A stretch of 33,751 bases of DNA from positions 1 to 33,751 of the forward strand of contig JAUSGP010000022.1 in assembly GCA_030674415.1 (NCBI GenBank), written 5' to 3'. The notes beneath the pieces were generated by a model. That model saw nothing but the letters and a program-made list of their open reading frames with translations. It made no database searches and was not told where the DNA came from. Numbering within the stretch: position 1 is the first letter of the stretch; every line of letters begins with the position of its first letter. Of the stretch, positions 21,852 through 31,421 are shown piece by piece. The stretch is from a bacterium. Its GTDB lineage: Bacteria; Patescibacteriota; Minisyncoccia; Phycocordibacterales; Zambryskibacteraceae. The translations under genes and the position numbers were made by a program.

Positions 21852-24336
21852 TGCCGCTCATGGCTCTGTCCACTACTTCAATAACCATCTCGGCACTAAT
21901 TGCTTCGACTTGCCTCCTTGCTTCAGCCACATCGAGCACCCTGGTATTCATGATATGCATCACCGGAGCTTCCCTCTCCGCTATTACCCTCTTGTGCATC
22001 TCTCCTATCGGCGGCTGTTCCCTCTCATCCAATGGCCCGATTATATCGACAGTCGGGATATTAAAAGCTTCGGCAATATAGAGCGGGCCGGTATCCACGC
22101 TGACGAATAGCGAAAGTCCCTTAATTAAAGCTTTTAGTTCTTCTATAGAAAACAAGCCGGCGGTATCGTAAACATCTCGAGACTTAATTAAAGAAAGAAA
22201 TTCTTTAGATTTGTCACTGTCAGAAGGTGCCCCGACCACGACCACTTTTGCGCCATGTTCTTTTATAAGATGTGCGGCTACGATAGCAAATCGTTCCACC
22301 GGCCATTCCTTTACCTTATTGCCGGCGGCCAGAGCCATACCGACTACAAAATCGTTCTCTCCTAATAAATGCTTACTGCGCCATTTTTGCACATTCTGTT
22401 TCGCTCCTTCACCCACACCCAACACTTTAGTCGTATCCTCTGTAACAATACCTAACGGCTCTAATAACCTTAGGCGCTCGCGCGGCGCATACGCTCCCAT
22501 GGCAAATGGCTTAGTAATCACAAACTTCCTAATAATTTTATAGGGAATCGTCTCATAAGGAGTGTAGCCGCCGACCACCACTGGCACCGAAATGCTTTTG
22601 ATCCCGGCAAGATAAGCGGCGGCTAATCCATGGAAATCTGGATTCACAATAGCCGCAAAATCAATAGCCCCGGCCTTAAGCAAATGCACCGTTTCAAAAA
22701 AATTCCTATCAAACGCGATATATTCGTCAACGTAAGGATGATGCGCCATGAGAATCTCGTTGCTCTTTTTCCCCGAGAGTAATATTTTGACATTGGGATA
22801 AAACTTTTTAGCCGCAGATAACATTGGGGTAGTGCAGACCATATCTCCTAACTGTGCTCTTTGGACTATAAGAATTTTTTTTGGCGCAGTCGGCTGAACT
22901 CTAGCCGGACCTGAAAAAGGCAACTTGAAAATGCAAAGAGTAAAGATGAATATATTTTTGAATCTTTCTGTATTGAGTATTTCTTGAATAGAATAAAGCG
23001 CCAAGACAATAAGAAATGGTTCTACGGGAAGCCTGTAGCGAGGTATAGATACTGGGCCAGTAAGAAGAGCTAGATACACAGCGCTTCCCAAGAAAACAAG
23101 AGTGTGAAAACGCGCTCGCTGGAAAAATATAGCGATGAATGCCAGGCTGGTTACTACTAATGCGAGCAATCTGTCCAGAGTCAGAAATGGCTGTAACATA
23201 AGAGTCTCCGCTATCTTTTTAACTTCTAAGTTGCGTACTAAACTTAAGAGGTTGGGCGAAGCCGAGTTAAGTCCAAAGTAATTTTGCACTTCCGATATTT
23301 GGATATGTAAGATGACATAGCGTAAACTGCTAGAAAGAAAGAACTTTGTGCTTTCAGCCAAATGAAAAGCAAGATAAGAAAACTTATTTTCTGCAATGAC
23401 TCCTTTGGCAAGCTCGGTCAGAGCGTTTCCCTCGCTAAATAATTTTCCCTGGTCATTAGGAACTTGGTGAAGTTTTGCGCGATAGGAAACCGTTTCTGGA
23501 GCATCAGCTCCGAAACGAGACTCCAGATAAAGAGCAGCATTATAATGAGCAAGATTATAAGGCCCGATAGTAGAAAGGGAGAATGAACCACCAACAACTT
23601 TATTGCGCAGCATCCACGGACCAGTGGTGACAAGAAATCCTATAATCAATATGGCGAGACTTTTAACTGTGTTTTTCCATACATTCCCTTCTTTATGCCA
23701 TTGGTAAAATAAAAACGGCAAAAGAAAAAAGAGATAATACAGCGCTACTGGGCGGATAAGAGCTGCCATACCCAACGAGAGCCCTGAAGCAAGAATAGTT
23801 TTATAGTTGCGTTCCTGTTTGAAAAAAGAGAGCCAAACCGAGAGCACTAGAAAGAAAGTAAATGGTATTTCTCCAAACGTTCCGATAGCATGGAACACCG
23901 CTCCGGGTGAGAGAGAAAAGGCCAACGCGGCAAGAATAGCTAACCGAGGGAGAAGAAAGCGGCGCGCTATCCAAAAGGTCAGCACGGCCAAGAACCCCGA
24001 GAGTATTATGACTATGAATGACGCCAGGACAAAACCTCCGCTCATCAATTTCGAAAAGGCCAGGAGCGCCGGATACCCAGGAGTACGGAACACTTCCGGA
24101 GTCTTGCCGTCAATGCTGAAAACGTGGTGTGTCACCAGGCCGTCAGCCAAGAGCGCGTAGCGTGGGCCATCTTGTCCGTACACGGGGAAATGGTAGGTAG
24201 AATCAGCGTCTAGATCACCGTAGGAACGATCCACATGCCAAAAAATACCGAACCATATCGAAAGAAAGGCAAAGACTACTACGAAAATAATGCTTTCGAC
24301 TTTATAATTCGTAGGCAATAAATCTCTCATCTTCAT
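21838..24336 (-). CDS. Fusion protein: N-terminal GT-C (GT39/GT83, ArnT/PMT-like) membrane glycosyltransferase plus C-terminal GT9 (heptosyltransferase-family) GT-B domain
   Basis: 832 aa in one uninterrupted frame. The N-terminal ~470 aa are polytopic, with the ArnT/PMT_2-like block FRTPGYPALLAFSKLM..LAVLTFWIARRFL. The C-terminal ~350 aa carry GT9 signatures: KKILIVQRAQLGDMVCTTPMLSAAKKFYPNVKI, KVKEWPVERFAIVAAHL and SLFVSVDTGPLYIAEAFNIPTVDIIGP. Confidence 0.75.
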   Translation of the reverse strand: MKMRDLLPTNYKVESIIFVVVFAFLSIWFGIFWHVDRSYGDLDADSTYHFPVYGQDGPRYALLADGLVTHHVFSIDGKTPEVFRTPGYPALLAFSKLMSGGFVLASFIVIILSGFLAVLTFWIARRFLLPRLAILAALAFSLSPGAVFHAIGTFGEIPFTFFLVLSVWLSFFKQERNYKTILASGLSLGMAALIRPVALYYLFFLLPFLFYQWHKEGNVWKNTVKSLAILIIGFLVTTGPWMLRNKVVGGSFSLSTIGPYNLAHYNAALYLESRFGADAPETVSYRAKLHQVPNDQGKLFSEGNALTELAKGVIAENKFSYLAFHLAESTKFFLSSSLRYVILHIQISEVQNYFGLNSASPNLLSLVRNLEVKKIAETLMLQPFLTLDRLLALVVTSLAFIAIFFQRARFHTLVFLGSAVYLALLTGPVSIPRYRLPVEPFLIVLALYSIQEILNTERFKNIFIFTLCIFKLPFSGPARVQPTAPKKILIVQRAQLGDMVCTTPMLSAAKKFYPNVKILLSGKKSNEILMAHHPYVDEYIAFDRNFFETVHLLKAGAIDFAAIVNPDFHGLAAAYLAGIKSISVPVVVGGYTPYETIPYKIIRKFVITKPFAMGAYAPRERLRLLEPLGIVTEDTTKVLGVGEGAKQNVQKWRSKHLLGENDFVVGMALAAGNKVKEWPVERFAIVAAHLIKEHGAKVVVVGAPSDSDKSKEFLSLIKSRDVYDTAGLFSIEELKALIKGLSLFVSVDTGPLYIAEAFNIPTVDIIGPLDEREQPPIGEMHKRVIAEREAPVMHIMNTRVLDVAEARRQVEAISAEMVIEVVDRAMSGIRRQ

Positions 24337-26053
24337 AGATTTTTTCTAGGAAAGGAAATCGGCTGGTGTCAAAAGGTATTTTACCCTCTTTGTCATGCAA
24401 TACATAGTCTATCCGATATTTGAGAAGTTCAGTGCGAAAATCGCTCCGATAAAAATCTTTATATGCCAAAGCCATTTCCTGAATCTGCCCCTCTATCCAA
24501 GAGTCAATCTCGTCTCTGTCGCCCGTGGAGATAAGCCACGCATCAGAAGAGTGGTGGAAAAGATCTCTCCAGTCCCGAAAAAGGACTGCCCGCACGCGGC
24601 CTTCGTTGTCTCTTAGATATTCGGCCACATCCTCAGGAGGAATATTTTGGAATTTCATGTTTACTAATTCGTTGTGAATAATACGCTCTCTAGGAATACC
24701 GATGAAAGTGTAGTGGGTGAAATATACATCGCAATGAGTAAGGGCGGTGATATAAGAATTTATTTGCTCAATTTCGCCGACAGGGAGAACCACGCACGGC
24801 CCATCATTTTTTTCTAACCATTCAAACATTTGTGCATAGTCATTCACTTTTTTATACTCGGGGAGACGATTTTTATAAGTGGGTAAAGAAACTAGAGCGA
24901 ACATAAATGAAATTCCTATGACTCCCCATAACACTAATCTCCACCATGAAACAATGAGTGGGCGAATATAGACATAAAAGGCGACAAGCGCGGCAATCAT
25001 AGAAAGCGGAATGGTATATTGCACAAAGTGGTGTGGCCACACCGTTTTACCCGTAATCACTTGTTGATTCATAGCTGCAAAGCCTGCGAGAAGAACAATA
25101 AATAAGAAAACCTGCGGAGAATCAAGCGAAAAAGGGCGCTTTTTTACATAATCACTAAATAAGCCCGCAACCAGGATGAGTATCACGCCCATTAAAATAG
25201 AGCTTAGAAGTGGCGTATGTGTTAATAAGAGACCGCTCTTGAGCGCCTCTCCCTCGTTAGTAGAAAACGTCAGAAGATGAGGCAGATTGATAAGTAAAGC
25301 ACCAATCAATATCAGGAAAAGTATCACCGCTTTTTTATACTCACGGAAAATCAGAGAAACAATAATGAAAATGGTAAGGCTTGCAAAGGCAATACCGAAA
25401 GAGAAAATATATCCGGTCATTACCGAGAGTAAGAGTATAGTAGGAACAGTCGCTTTATATTTCTCTCTTAGTAAGAGAAGTAATGAAATGAGAAATCCGA
25501 ACAATAAAAGCGCACCAGTAATTGGATTGACCGCACGACTCCAAATGGAAAGGTAAGTAGAGGTGTAAGAACCATTAAAGATTGAGAGGGCTGTATTAAC
25601 ATCTGCCAACTCATAACCTAGAGTTATCCAAGTTGCGGCCGCCAGTGCCAATAGACGCCTTCCTTCTCCCTCTTTGATAAGCAGCAGTACGAAGACATAT
25701 ACGAGCAGAAATAGAGCAGCAGGGAAAACATATTTACTCACCACTAAAACAGAAATAATAGAAGTTCCTGTTATTTTAGATAAAAGCCAGTAGATATATT
25801 CTCCGGTCGGAGGCATCACACTTTTCCCTACTTTATATTCATAAAGAAAAGGAGAAGTGACATCACCATGTCCATCTTTAAATTCTTGAATACGAGTCAA
25901 ATAAACCGCTTCCGCGTCTTGAAAAAGGTAGGGTACACCTTGATAGTCAGAGCCAAGTGCCTCTCTTGCCAGATATTGGGGGATACCGGAAAAAATACCG
26001 ACCCCAATGGCAAAGATAACGGCCATGTAGTGTGTTTTTAGAAAGGCAATCAT
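24302..26053 (-). CDS. Polytopic membrane protein of unknown function (possible GT-C-fold glycosyltransferase) with a C-terminal soluble domain
   Basis: 583 aa. There are about 12 hydrophobic segments in the first ~400 aa. An acidic first loop (YLFQDAEAVYLTRIQEFKDGHGD) recalls GT-C catalytic loops. The C-terminal ~180 aa are hydrophilic. The 3' end overlaps the next gene by 35 nt. Confidence 0.3.
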   Translation of the reverse strand: MIAFLKTHYMAVIFAIGVGIFSGIPQYLAREALGSDYQGVPYLFQDAEAVYLTRIQEFKDGHGDVTSPFLYEYKVGKSVMPPTGEYIYWLLSKITGTSIISVLVVSKYVFPAALFLLVYVFVLLLIKEGEGRRLLALAAATWITLGYELADVNTALSIFNGSYTSTYLSIWSRAVNPITGALLLFGFLISLLLLLREKYKATVPTILLLSVMTGYIFSFGIAFASLTIFIIVSLIFREYKKAVILFLILIGALLINLPHLLTFSTNEGEALKSGLLLTHTPLLSSILMGVILILVAGLFSDYVKKRPFSLDSPQVFLFIVLLAGFAAMNQQVITGKTVWPHHFVQYTIPLSMIAALVAFYVYIRPLIVSWWRLVLWGVIGISFMFALVSLPTYKNRLPEYKKVNDYAQMFEWLEKNDGPCVVLPVGEIEQINSYITALTHCDVYFTHYTFIGIPRERIIHNELVNMKFQNIPPEDVAEYLRDNEGRVRAVLFRDWRDLFHHSSDAWLISTGDRDEIDSWIEGQIQEMALAYKDFYRSDFRTELLKYRIDYVLHDKEGKIPFDTSRFPFLEKIYEDERFIAYEL

Positions 26054-26078
26054 TCTTTGAGAATTAGTTTACCACGGT

Positions 26079-27929
26079 CTATTTTATAAGGCCGAAGGTG
26101 ATTTTTTTATGCCCGTAGAAACTCCAGAACATTACTACCAGGATACTGATAAATTTGGCATACAGATACCACACCTGACCATATTCAACGAGAAGCCAGA
26201 TGATAATCTGATTTAAAATAAGTCCGATCACCGCCACCACCACAAACAAACTGAACTGCCCAGTGATATTCTCGCTCTTATTTTTAAAGACAAATAATTT
26301 GCTGGTTGAATAGTTGGTAATCATGCCGGCTACATACGAAACAATGCTTGAATAAAGATAGTAAAGCCCTATGAAGTTAGTGAGGAAATACAATATAGCC
26401 ACATCAACTACGGTAGCTACTCCTGCCGTCACTACATAACCCAGGAAAAGGCGTGCATCACCTTCATCTCTAATTTCTTCTTTCAAAACCCCCTTCTCGT
26501 AATATTCGTCTTCGCTGCCTACTGCTTCTATATCATACTTCTTGCCTTCGATAATACTCTTGGCGGCGAGCATGCCCATCTCTAGCGAATGGTCTTGGTT
26601 ATTATATCTAAATCTCCCCGGACGGCCGATGTAGAGCAGGTTCTTGAATTGGTCCAAGGCTTTTTTCACCACACTAAGATAATTTTTATAATCCACGTCG
26701 TATATCGGATAAACATTCTTCTTCTTGATGACATAGGCGTTGCGAATCTCACTTAGTCTCACGAAACCCATTCTCTCTAGATGCGGCATGGCTAAGGCTA
26801 AAAGCTCCTCCTTACTCATATTCCAGACAGCATCTCCTTCCGAAACGAAAAACTCGATGAAGAGAGAAGTCTTATCCAAAGGCGCCATCTTTGCGCTGAA
26901 ATTTTTCATCTCACTAATACGAGCAAAAGGAATCTCCTTGTTGGGGAAGTAGATCCACTGATCATTGGTAACGGATTCTTTATCGAGAGTGAGGAAGAGA
27001 TACACTTGGCTACGATGCCGCAGATTCTCCCCTGCTTCAAGAATTTCTTTGGGCAGTCCTGGTTCAAGCATTTTGATGAATTCAGTAAGCGGGATGGACT
27101 CGACCAGATTTTCGAACCCGATTTCCACCTCCCCTTCCGCAGTTGCTATCACCGTAGAATAGAATCGCTGTCCGTCATGTTTGAAGCTTTGCGTACGGGC
27201 ATTGAGAAAGACGGTTCGTCCAGCTTCCTGCACACGCCTAAAAATAGTCTCGTAGACTAGCCCTGCTCCCATATCCGGATAGTAGAAGGTGTCTACAAGA
27301 GTCTTGGGCTTATTCCTCGACCCCAAGTGAAGCATGCGACGGAAGGAGTCGGCCACAAGCGCGCGGATGTTCAAGCCCTTGATGCGCTGGCCGGCCCAGT
27401 CCTGGTGAATGGTGGTGGCGGGAATGCCCCAGATCTTCTCCGTGTAGTTGATCATATTAAACTCTCCTAAAGTCTTGCCGAAGTTGGCATAGACATAGTC
27501 GGCGAAGTGTTTGATCGGCTTTTTGAATAAAGAGTAGATGATCTTGGCCACTAGATAGTCCCAACCCATGTGGAAAGCTCTCCAGGGACCGACATTTTTA
27601 AGCGCTTGCACCATATTCACCGGATAATCGTAGAACTTGCCATCGATAAACTGCCGCGTCTGGCGATGCACCGTAATCCACTGTTCAGCAATCAGGCTTT
27701 CAATGAAGTCGTAAAGATACTGATTCTTAGAGAAAAAACGGTGGGGGCCATTATCCGTCCGGAAGGTGAAATCCCCTTCCTTGAAGACATAGGTCTTGGC
27801 GAGACCTCCTACTTGTGAATCAGCTTCGACCAATATGAAGTCTTTACCAGCCTTCAAGAGTTCCATAGCACAAGCAAGACCTGCTGGGCCGGCACCTATA
27901 ATGAGCGTCTCTGTTTCTATTCTTTTCAT
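26079..27929 (-). CDS. Fusion protein: N-terminal FAD/NAD(P)-binding oxidoreductase (amine-oxidase/PPOX/UDP-galactopyranose-mutase-like fold) plus C-terminal GtrA-like 4-TM domain
   Basis: 616 aa. TLIIGAGPAGLACAMELLKAG..VEADSQVGGL is a dinucleotide-binding motif. YIGRPGRFRYNNQDHSLEMGMLAAKSI resembles the C-terminal block of UGM-like flavoenzymes. The last ~125 aa (YVVTAGVATVVDVAILYFL..ITNYSTSKLFVFKNK..) form a GtrA-family domain. Confidence 0.7.
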   Translation of the reverse strand: MKRIETETLIIGAGPAGLACAMELLKAGKDFILVEADSQVGGLAKTYVFKEGDFTFRTDNGPHRFFSKNQYLYDFIESLIAEQWITVHRQTRQFIDGKFYDYPVNMVQALKNVGPWRAFHMGWDYLVAKIIYSLFKKPIKHFADYVYANFGKTLGEFNMINYTEKIWGIPATTIHQDWAGQRIKGLNIRALVADSFRRMLHLGSRNKPKTLVDTFYYPDMGAGLVYETIFRRVQEAGRTVFLNARTQSFKHDGQRFYSTVIATAEGEVEIGFENLVESIPLTEFIKMLEPGLPKEILEAGENLRHRSQVYLFLTLDKESVTNDQWIYFPNKEIPFARISEMKNFSAKMAPLDKTSLFIEFFVSEGDAVWNMSKEELLALAMPHLERMGFVRLSEIRNAYVIKKKNVYPIYDVDYKNYLSVVKKALDQFKNLLYIGRPGRFRYNNQDHSLEMGMLAAKSIIEGKKYDIEAVGSEDEYYEKGVLKEEIRDEGDARLFLGYVVTAGVATVVDVAILYFLTNFIGLYYLYSSIVSYVAGMITNYSTSKLFVFKNKSENITGQFSLFVVVAVIGLILNQIIIWLLVEYGQVWYLYAKFISILVVMFWSFYGHKKITFGLIK

Positions 27930-27933
27930 AAAA

Positions 27934-28602
27934 TTATTTTCTTACAATACAATACAAATGAGAAGCCATATTAATTGATCGCGGGAAATAATTAAATACT
28001 AAGTCCAGAAACTTAATCGGGAAAAAGATAAAAATAGAAGCATCGACCAGTATCCAGTAAAATCTCTTAGAACCAAAAGAAAATAGTGTGGCAAAAAGAT
28101 AGCAAAGATAAACATTTAAGGCGGAAAATGGCCCTGACCTTACACCAACTTCTACTATTTCAAATTCCGAAAACAGTGATTTGAGACCCTCATCAGTCCA
28201 GCGAGAAAAATCATTTGGAGAAGAGTGAAATGGATAAAGAAATGGGGTACTCACATAAGCAAGGCCGCCCGGCTCCATTATTCTGTGCATTTCAGAAACA
28301 GCTTTCCATGGCTCTGAAACATGCTCTAAAACATTATCACAGATAATCCTTGAAACAGTATTGTTCCCGAATGGCATTGAGACAATATCAGAAATGACAG
28401 AGACTCCTGGATATTGGGCAATATCGACATTCGTAATTTTAGACGAAATAACACGGGGCCCGGAGCCAAGATTTAGGATTTTGCCAGCGGAAGGAAACCG
28501 GTGTAAAAATGACTTAGGTCCATGGGTAAAAAGAAGTGCCGGACCAAATACCATAACCATAAAATGGTAGGATCTTGGAAACCTTTTGAAGTAATCCCTC
28601 AT
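27934..28602 (-). CDS. Class I SAM-dependent methyltransferase with a hydrophobic C-terminal tail
   Basis: 222 aa with ILNLGSGPRV (motif I) and ICDNVLEHVSEPWKAVSEMHRIMEPGGLAYVSTPF (Methyltransf_11-like). The C-terminus has two hydrophobic segments. It is ATGA-coupled to the upstream AsnB-family gene. Confidence 0.7.
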   Translation of the reverse strand: MRDYFKRFPRSYHFMVMVFGPALLFTHGPKSFLHRFPSAGKILNLGSGPRVISSKITNVDIAQYPGVSVISDIVSMPFGNNTVSRIICDNVLEHVSEPWKAVSEMHRIMEPGGLAYVSTPFLYPFHSSPNDFSRWTDEGLKSLFSEFEIVEVGVRSGPFSALNVYLCYLFATLFSFGSKRFYWILVDASIFIFFPIKFLDLVFNYFPRSINMASHLYCIVRK

Positions 28603-30455
28603 CTCTTTATTATCCAGCTATCGTACCATAATTGGAAGATTAATAGAGTCCAGAGTTTTTTACGGTTATTTTTTGTACCAGAGAGATGCTCATCGATAAT
28701 TTTCTCCACATAATCCGGATTAAATATTCCTTGTCTTGAAAGCTTTGCTTTAGAAAGTGACTCAAGGAGGAGAGGCTTTAACTCTTTCTTCAGCCATTCT
28801 GAAACCGGTATGCCGAAACCCTTCTTCTTCCGATAAACAATATTTTTTGGCAATTTGTCTTTCATCAGTTCCTTCAAAAGATACTTAGTGGTAAGGCCGT
28901 GAAGTTTGTATCCATAAGGAAGTCCTGTTAGAAACTCAACCACTTCTTTTCCTAAAAATGGTGCACGTACTTCTAGCGCGTAATGCATACTAGCTCTATC
29001 AAGCTTGGCCAAAACTCCATCCATAAGATAAGAGTGGATATAGCTATTTAAAATATCTTGAGACGATCGAGCTTGTCCTTTCACATACGGATAAGTCCCT
29101 TTTACAGTCTCGTAAACCTCTCGGGTAAAAACATTCGCCATTTCTTCCTGACCGAACGCTTGGAGCCACCGACCATGTCGTTCAATCGGGTCAAAGGAGG
29201 CTCCCTCTACAAATTTCTGCAATACAAATGACAAGCTGAAATTCTTATCTGATGATGGCAATCTTCTGACAACAGGCTCGATTAAATTATTTCTTACCAA
29301 TGACGGCAGATACCGATAGAGAGAAACTGCTTTTTCTGCCTGGAAAGTCGGATATCCGGCCAAGAGCTCATCTCCCCCGTCACCACCTAGAGCCACCGTG
29401 ACTTTCTCACGGGTAAACTTTGAGAGAAGAAGGGTGGGGATTATAGATGGATCAGCAAATGGCTCTCCTGAAACTGCACCTATGTTTGAAATTAATTCTA
29501 ACGAATCTTGGGCACTTACCTTGTGGTGATAATGGTCCGTGGATAAGAAATCCGCTACTTGCTTAGCATAGACAGATTCATCAAAAGATTCCTCATCAAA
29601 ACCCATGGAAAATGTCTTGATCTTTCGATCTGATGCCCTTTGTGCGTAGTAGGCGATGGTTGAGCTGTCTATTCCTCCGCTCAAAAAAATACCGACCGGA
29701 ACATCGGCCACCAATCTCTCGGCGACGCTCTTTTCCAATATATTACCAAGATCATTCACCGCTTCTCCGAAAGGAATATGATTGACTTTCGTAGGTATAC
29801 TCCAGAAACTTTTCTTTAAAACTTCCCCATCTTTATAAATAAGATAATGGGCTGGTTCAAGTTTAAAAATTCCTTTGAAGATGGAAAGCGGGGTCGGCAC
29901 ATATTCTCTGGTCAAATACTGGGCTAATGCCTCAAAATTAAGTTCACGTTTTACTGATTGATGTTCCAGTAAAGCGCTTAATTCCGAGCCGAAAATAAAT
30001 GTTCCTTCAAATAATCCCCAATAAAGCGGTTTCTCCCCTATCCTGTCTCTGGCCAGCAGAAGTTTGTTTTCTCTGATGTCGTAAATTGCAATCGCAAACA
30101 TGCCGTCTAGCTCTTTGAAACATTCTTCGCCAAATTCCTCATATAAATGCAATATGACTTCGGTATCTGTACCCGATTGGAAACAATATTTATTATCTAG
30201 ATTAAATTTTTTCTTAAGTTCCTTGAAATTATAAATCTCTCCGTTAAAGATAATAGCAATATCTTTCCTATCATTCCACATAGGCTGATGCCCAGATAGG
30301 CTCAAGTCAATAATGGACAGGCGGGTGTGACCCAGCCCCACTCCACGATCAAAGAAGGTTCCCTGGTCATCAGGTCCTCGGTGTAAGAGCATGGCCGTCA
30401 TTCGCGAGATATCCCTCTCATCACCTTTGCCGACAAACCCTGTAATTCCGCACAT
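28599..30455 (-). CDS. asnB: Asparagine synthase (glutamine-hydrolysing) family amidotransferase, second paralogue
   Basis: 618 aa with MCGITGFVG (catalytic Cys2), FLSGGIDSS (PP-loop) and GGDGGDELLAGYPTF. Confidence 0.88.
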   Translation of the reverse strand: MCGITGFVGKGDERDISRMTAMLLHRGPDDQGTFFDRGVGLGHTRLSIIDLSLSGHQPMWNDRKDIAIIFNGEIYNFKELKKKFNLDNKYCFQSGTDTEVILHLYEEFGEECFKELDGMFAIAIYDIRENKLLLARDRIGEKPLYWGLFEGTFIFGSELSALLEHQSVKRELNFEALAQYLTREYVPTPLSIFKGIFKLEPAHYLIYKDGEVLKKSFWSIPTKVNHIPFGEAVNDLGNILEKSVAERLVADVPVGIFLSGGIDSSTIAYYAQRASDRKIKTFSMGFDEESFDESVYAKQVADFLSTDHYHHKVSAQDSLELISNIGAVSGEPFADPSIIPTLLLSKFTREKVTVALGGDGGDELLAGYPTFQAEKAVSLYRYLPSLVRNNLIEPVVRRLPSSDKNFSLSFVLQKFVEGASFDPIERHGRWLQAFGQEEMANVFTREVYETVKGTYPYVKGQARSSQDILNSYIHSYLMDGVLAKLDRASMHYALEVRAPFLGKEVVEFLTGLPYGYKLHGLTTKYLLKELMKDKLPKNIVYRKKKGFGIPVSEWLKKELKPLLLESLSKAKLSRQGIFNPDYVEKIIDEHLSGTKNNRKKLWTLLIFQLWYDSWIIKR

Positions 30456-30456
30456 T

Positions 30457-31401
30457 CTAGTTGAAATTTATAGTCTCTTTAATAATGTATGGTTCTTTAT
30501 TTTGAGATTCATAATATAAGCGCATGAGCATTTCGGCGACCACCCCCATAGCGGCAAGTTGAACACCGACAATGATTAATAAGGTTGCCAAGATCGGCAG
30601 CGGTGTCTCTACTAGATCCGCAAAACCGGTTATCCTGAATATAATTGCGATAACTCCACAGAGAAGACCGGCAAAAATGGAGATGAGGCCAATACCTCCA
30701 AAAAAATGCATCGGCCGATTCATATACTTAGACAAAAATTTCACTACGATTAAATCCAGTATGACTTTAAAAGTTCTGGAAATGCCGTAATTAGTTTCTC
30801 CCTTAAGACGTGGACGATGACTCACGGGAATTTCTGCCACCTTACCTCCGTGCCAGCTAACATATGCGGGAATAAAGCGATGCATCTCGCCATAGAGACT
30901 TATTCCTTGAATAGCCTCTTTCGTATAAGCCTTCATTGAACAGCCGTAATCGTGAAGCTTGACTCCCGTGATAAAGCCAATGATCCAGTTAGCAATCCAT
31001 GATGGAATCTTCCGCGACAAGAGTTTATCCCGCCTATTCTTCCTCCAGCCAGAGACTACTTGAAATCCTTCTTCTATTTTTCCAAGAAAAATAGGGATGT
31101 CGGCAGGATTATTTTGTCCGTCACCATCCATCGGGATAATCACTTCTCCCGTGGCATATTTAATCCCCGCTGACATAGCGGCAGTTTGTCCGGTATTGTA
31201 TCTGAAATTTAGTACCTTTAGTCGTGAATCCCCAGAAGACATCTCCCGTAGAATTTCCAGACTATCGTCCTTTGAACCGTCATTTACAACAATTATCTCG
31301 TAGTCACCATTAAGAAAAGCCGTATTTTGGGTAATTTCTTCATAAAGCTGTTTGATATTGCCCGACTCGTTATAGACAGGAATAATGATGGAAAGTCTCA
31401 T
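30457..31401 (-). CDS. GT2 polyprenyl-phosphate glycosyltransferase (GtrB/ArnC/DPM1-like)
   Basis: 314 aa with LSIIIPVYNE, IIVVNDGSKDDS and PMDGDGQNNP (DxD). GCSMKAY and two C-terminal TM helices are also present. This architecture is typical of bactoprenol-phosphate sugar transferases. Confidence 0.85.
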   Translation of the reverse strand: MRLSIIIPVYNESGNIKQLYEEITQNTAFLNGDYEIIVVNDGSKDDSLEILREMSSGDSRLKVLNFRYNTGQTAAMSAGIKYATGEVIIPMDGDGQNNPADIPIFLGKIEEGFQVVSGWRKNRRDKLLSRKIPSWIANWIIGFITGVKLHDYGCSMKAYTKEAIQGISLYGEMHRFIPAYVSWHGGKVAEIPVSHRPRLKGETNYGISRTFKVILDLIVVKFLSKYMNRPMHFFGGIGLISIFAGLLCGVIAIIFRITGFADLVETPLPILATLLIIVGVQLAAMGVVAEMLMRLYYESQNKEPYIIKETINFN

Positions 31402-31412
31402 AGGAATGATGT

Positions 31413-31421
31413 TATCATAAT
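31413..31421 (+). promoter_or_regulatory. Putative -10 element(s) (TATCAT / CATAAT) for the SDR gene within a 23-bp divergent gap
   Basis: TATCATAAT. The TATCAT hexamer ends 6 nt before the ATG at 31425. No Shine-Dalgarno sequence is present. Confidence 0.25.
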
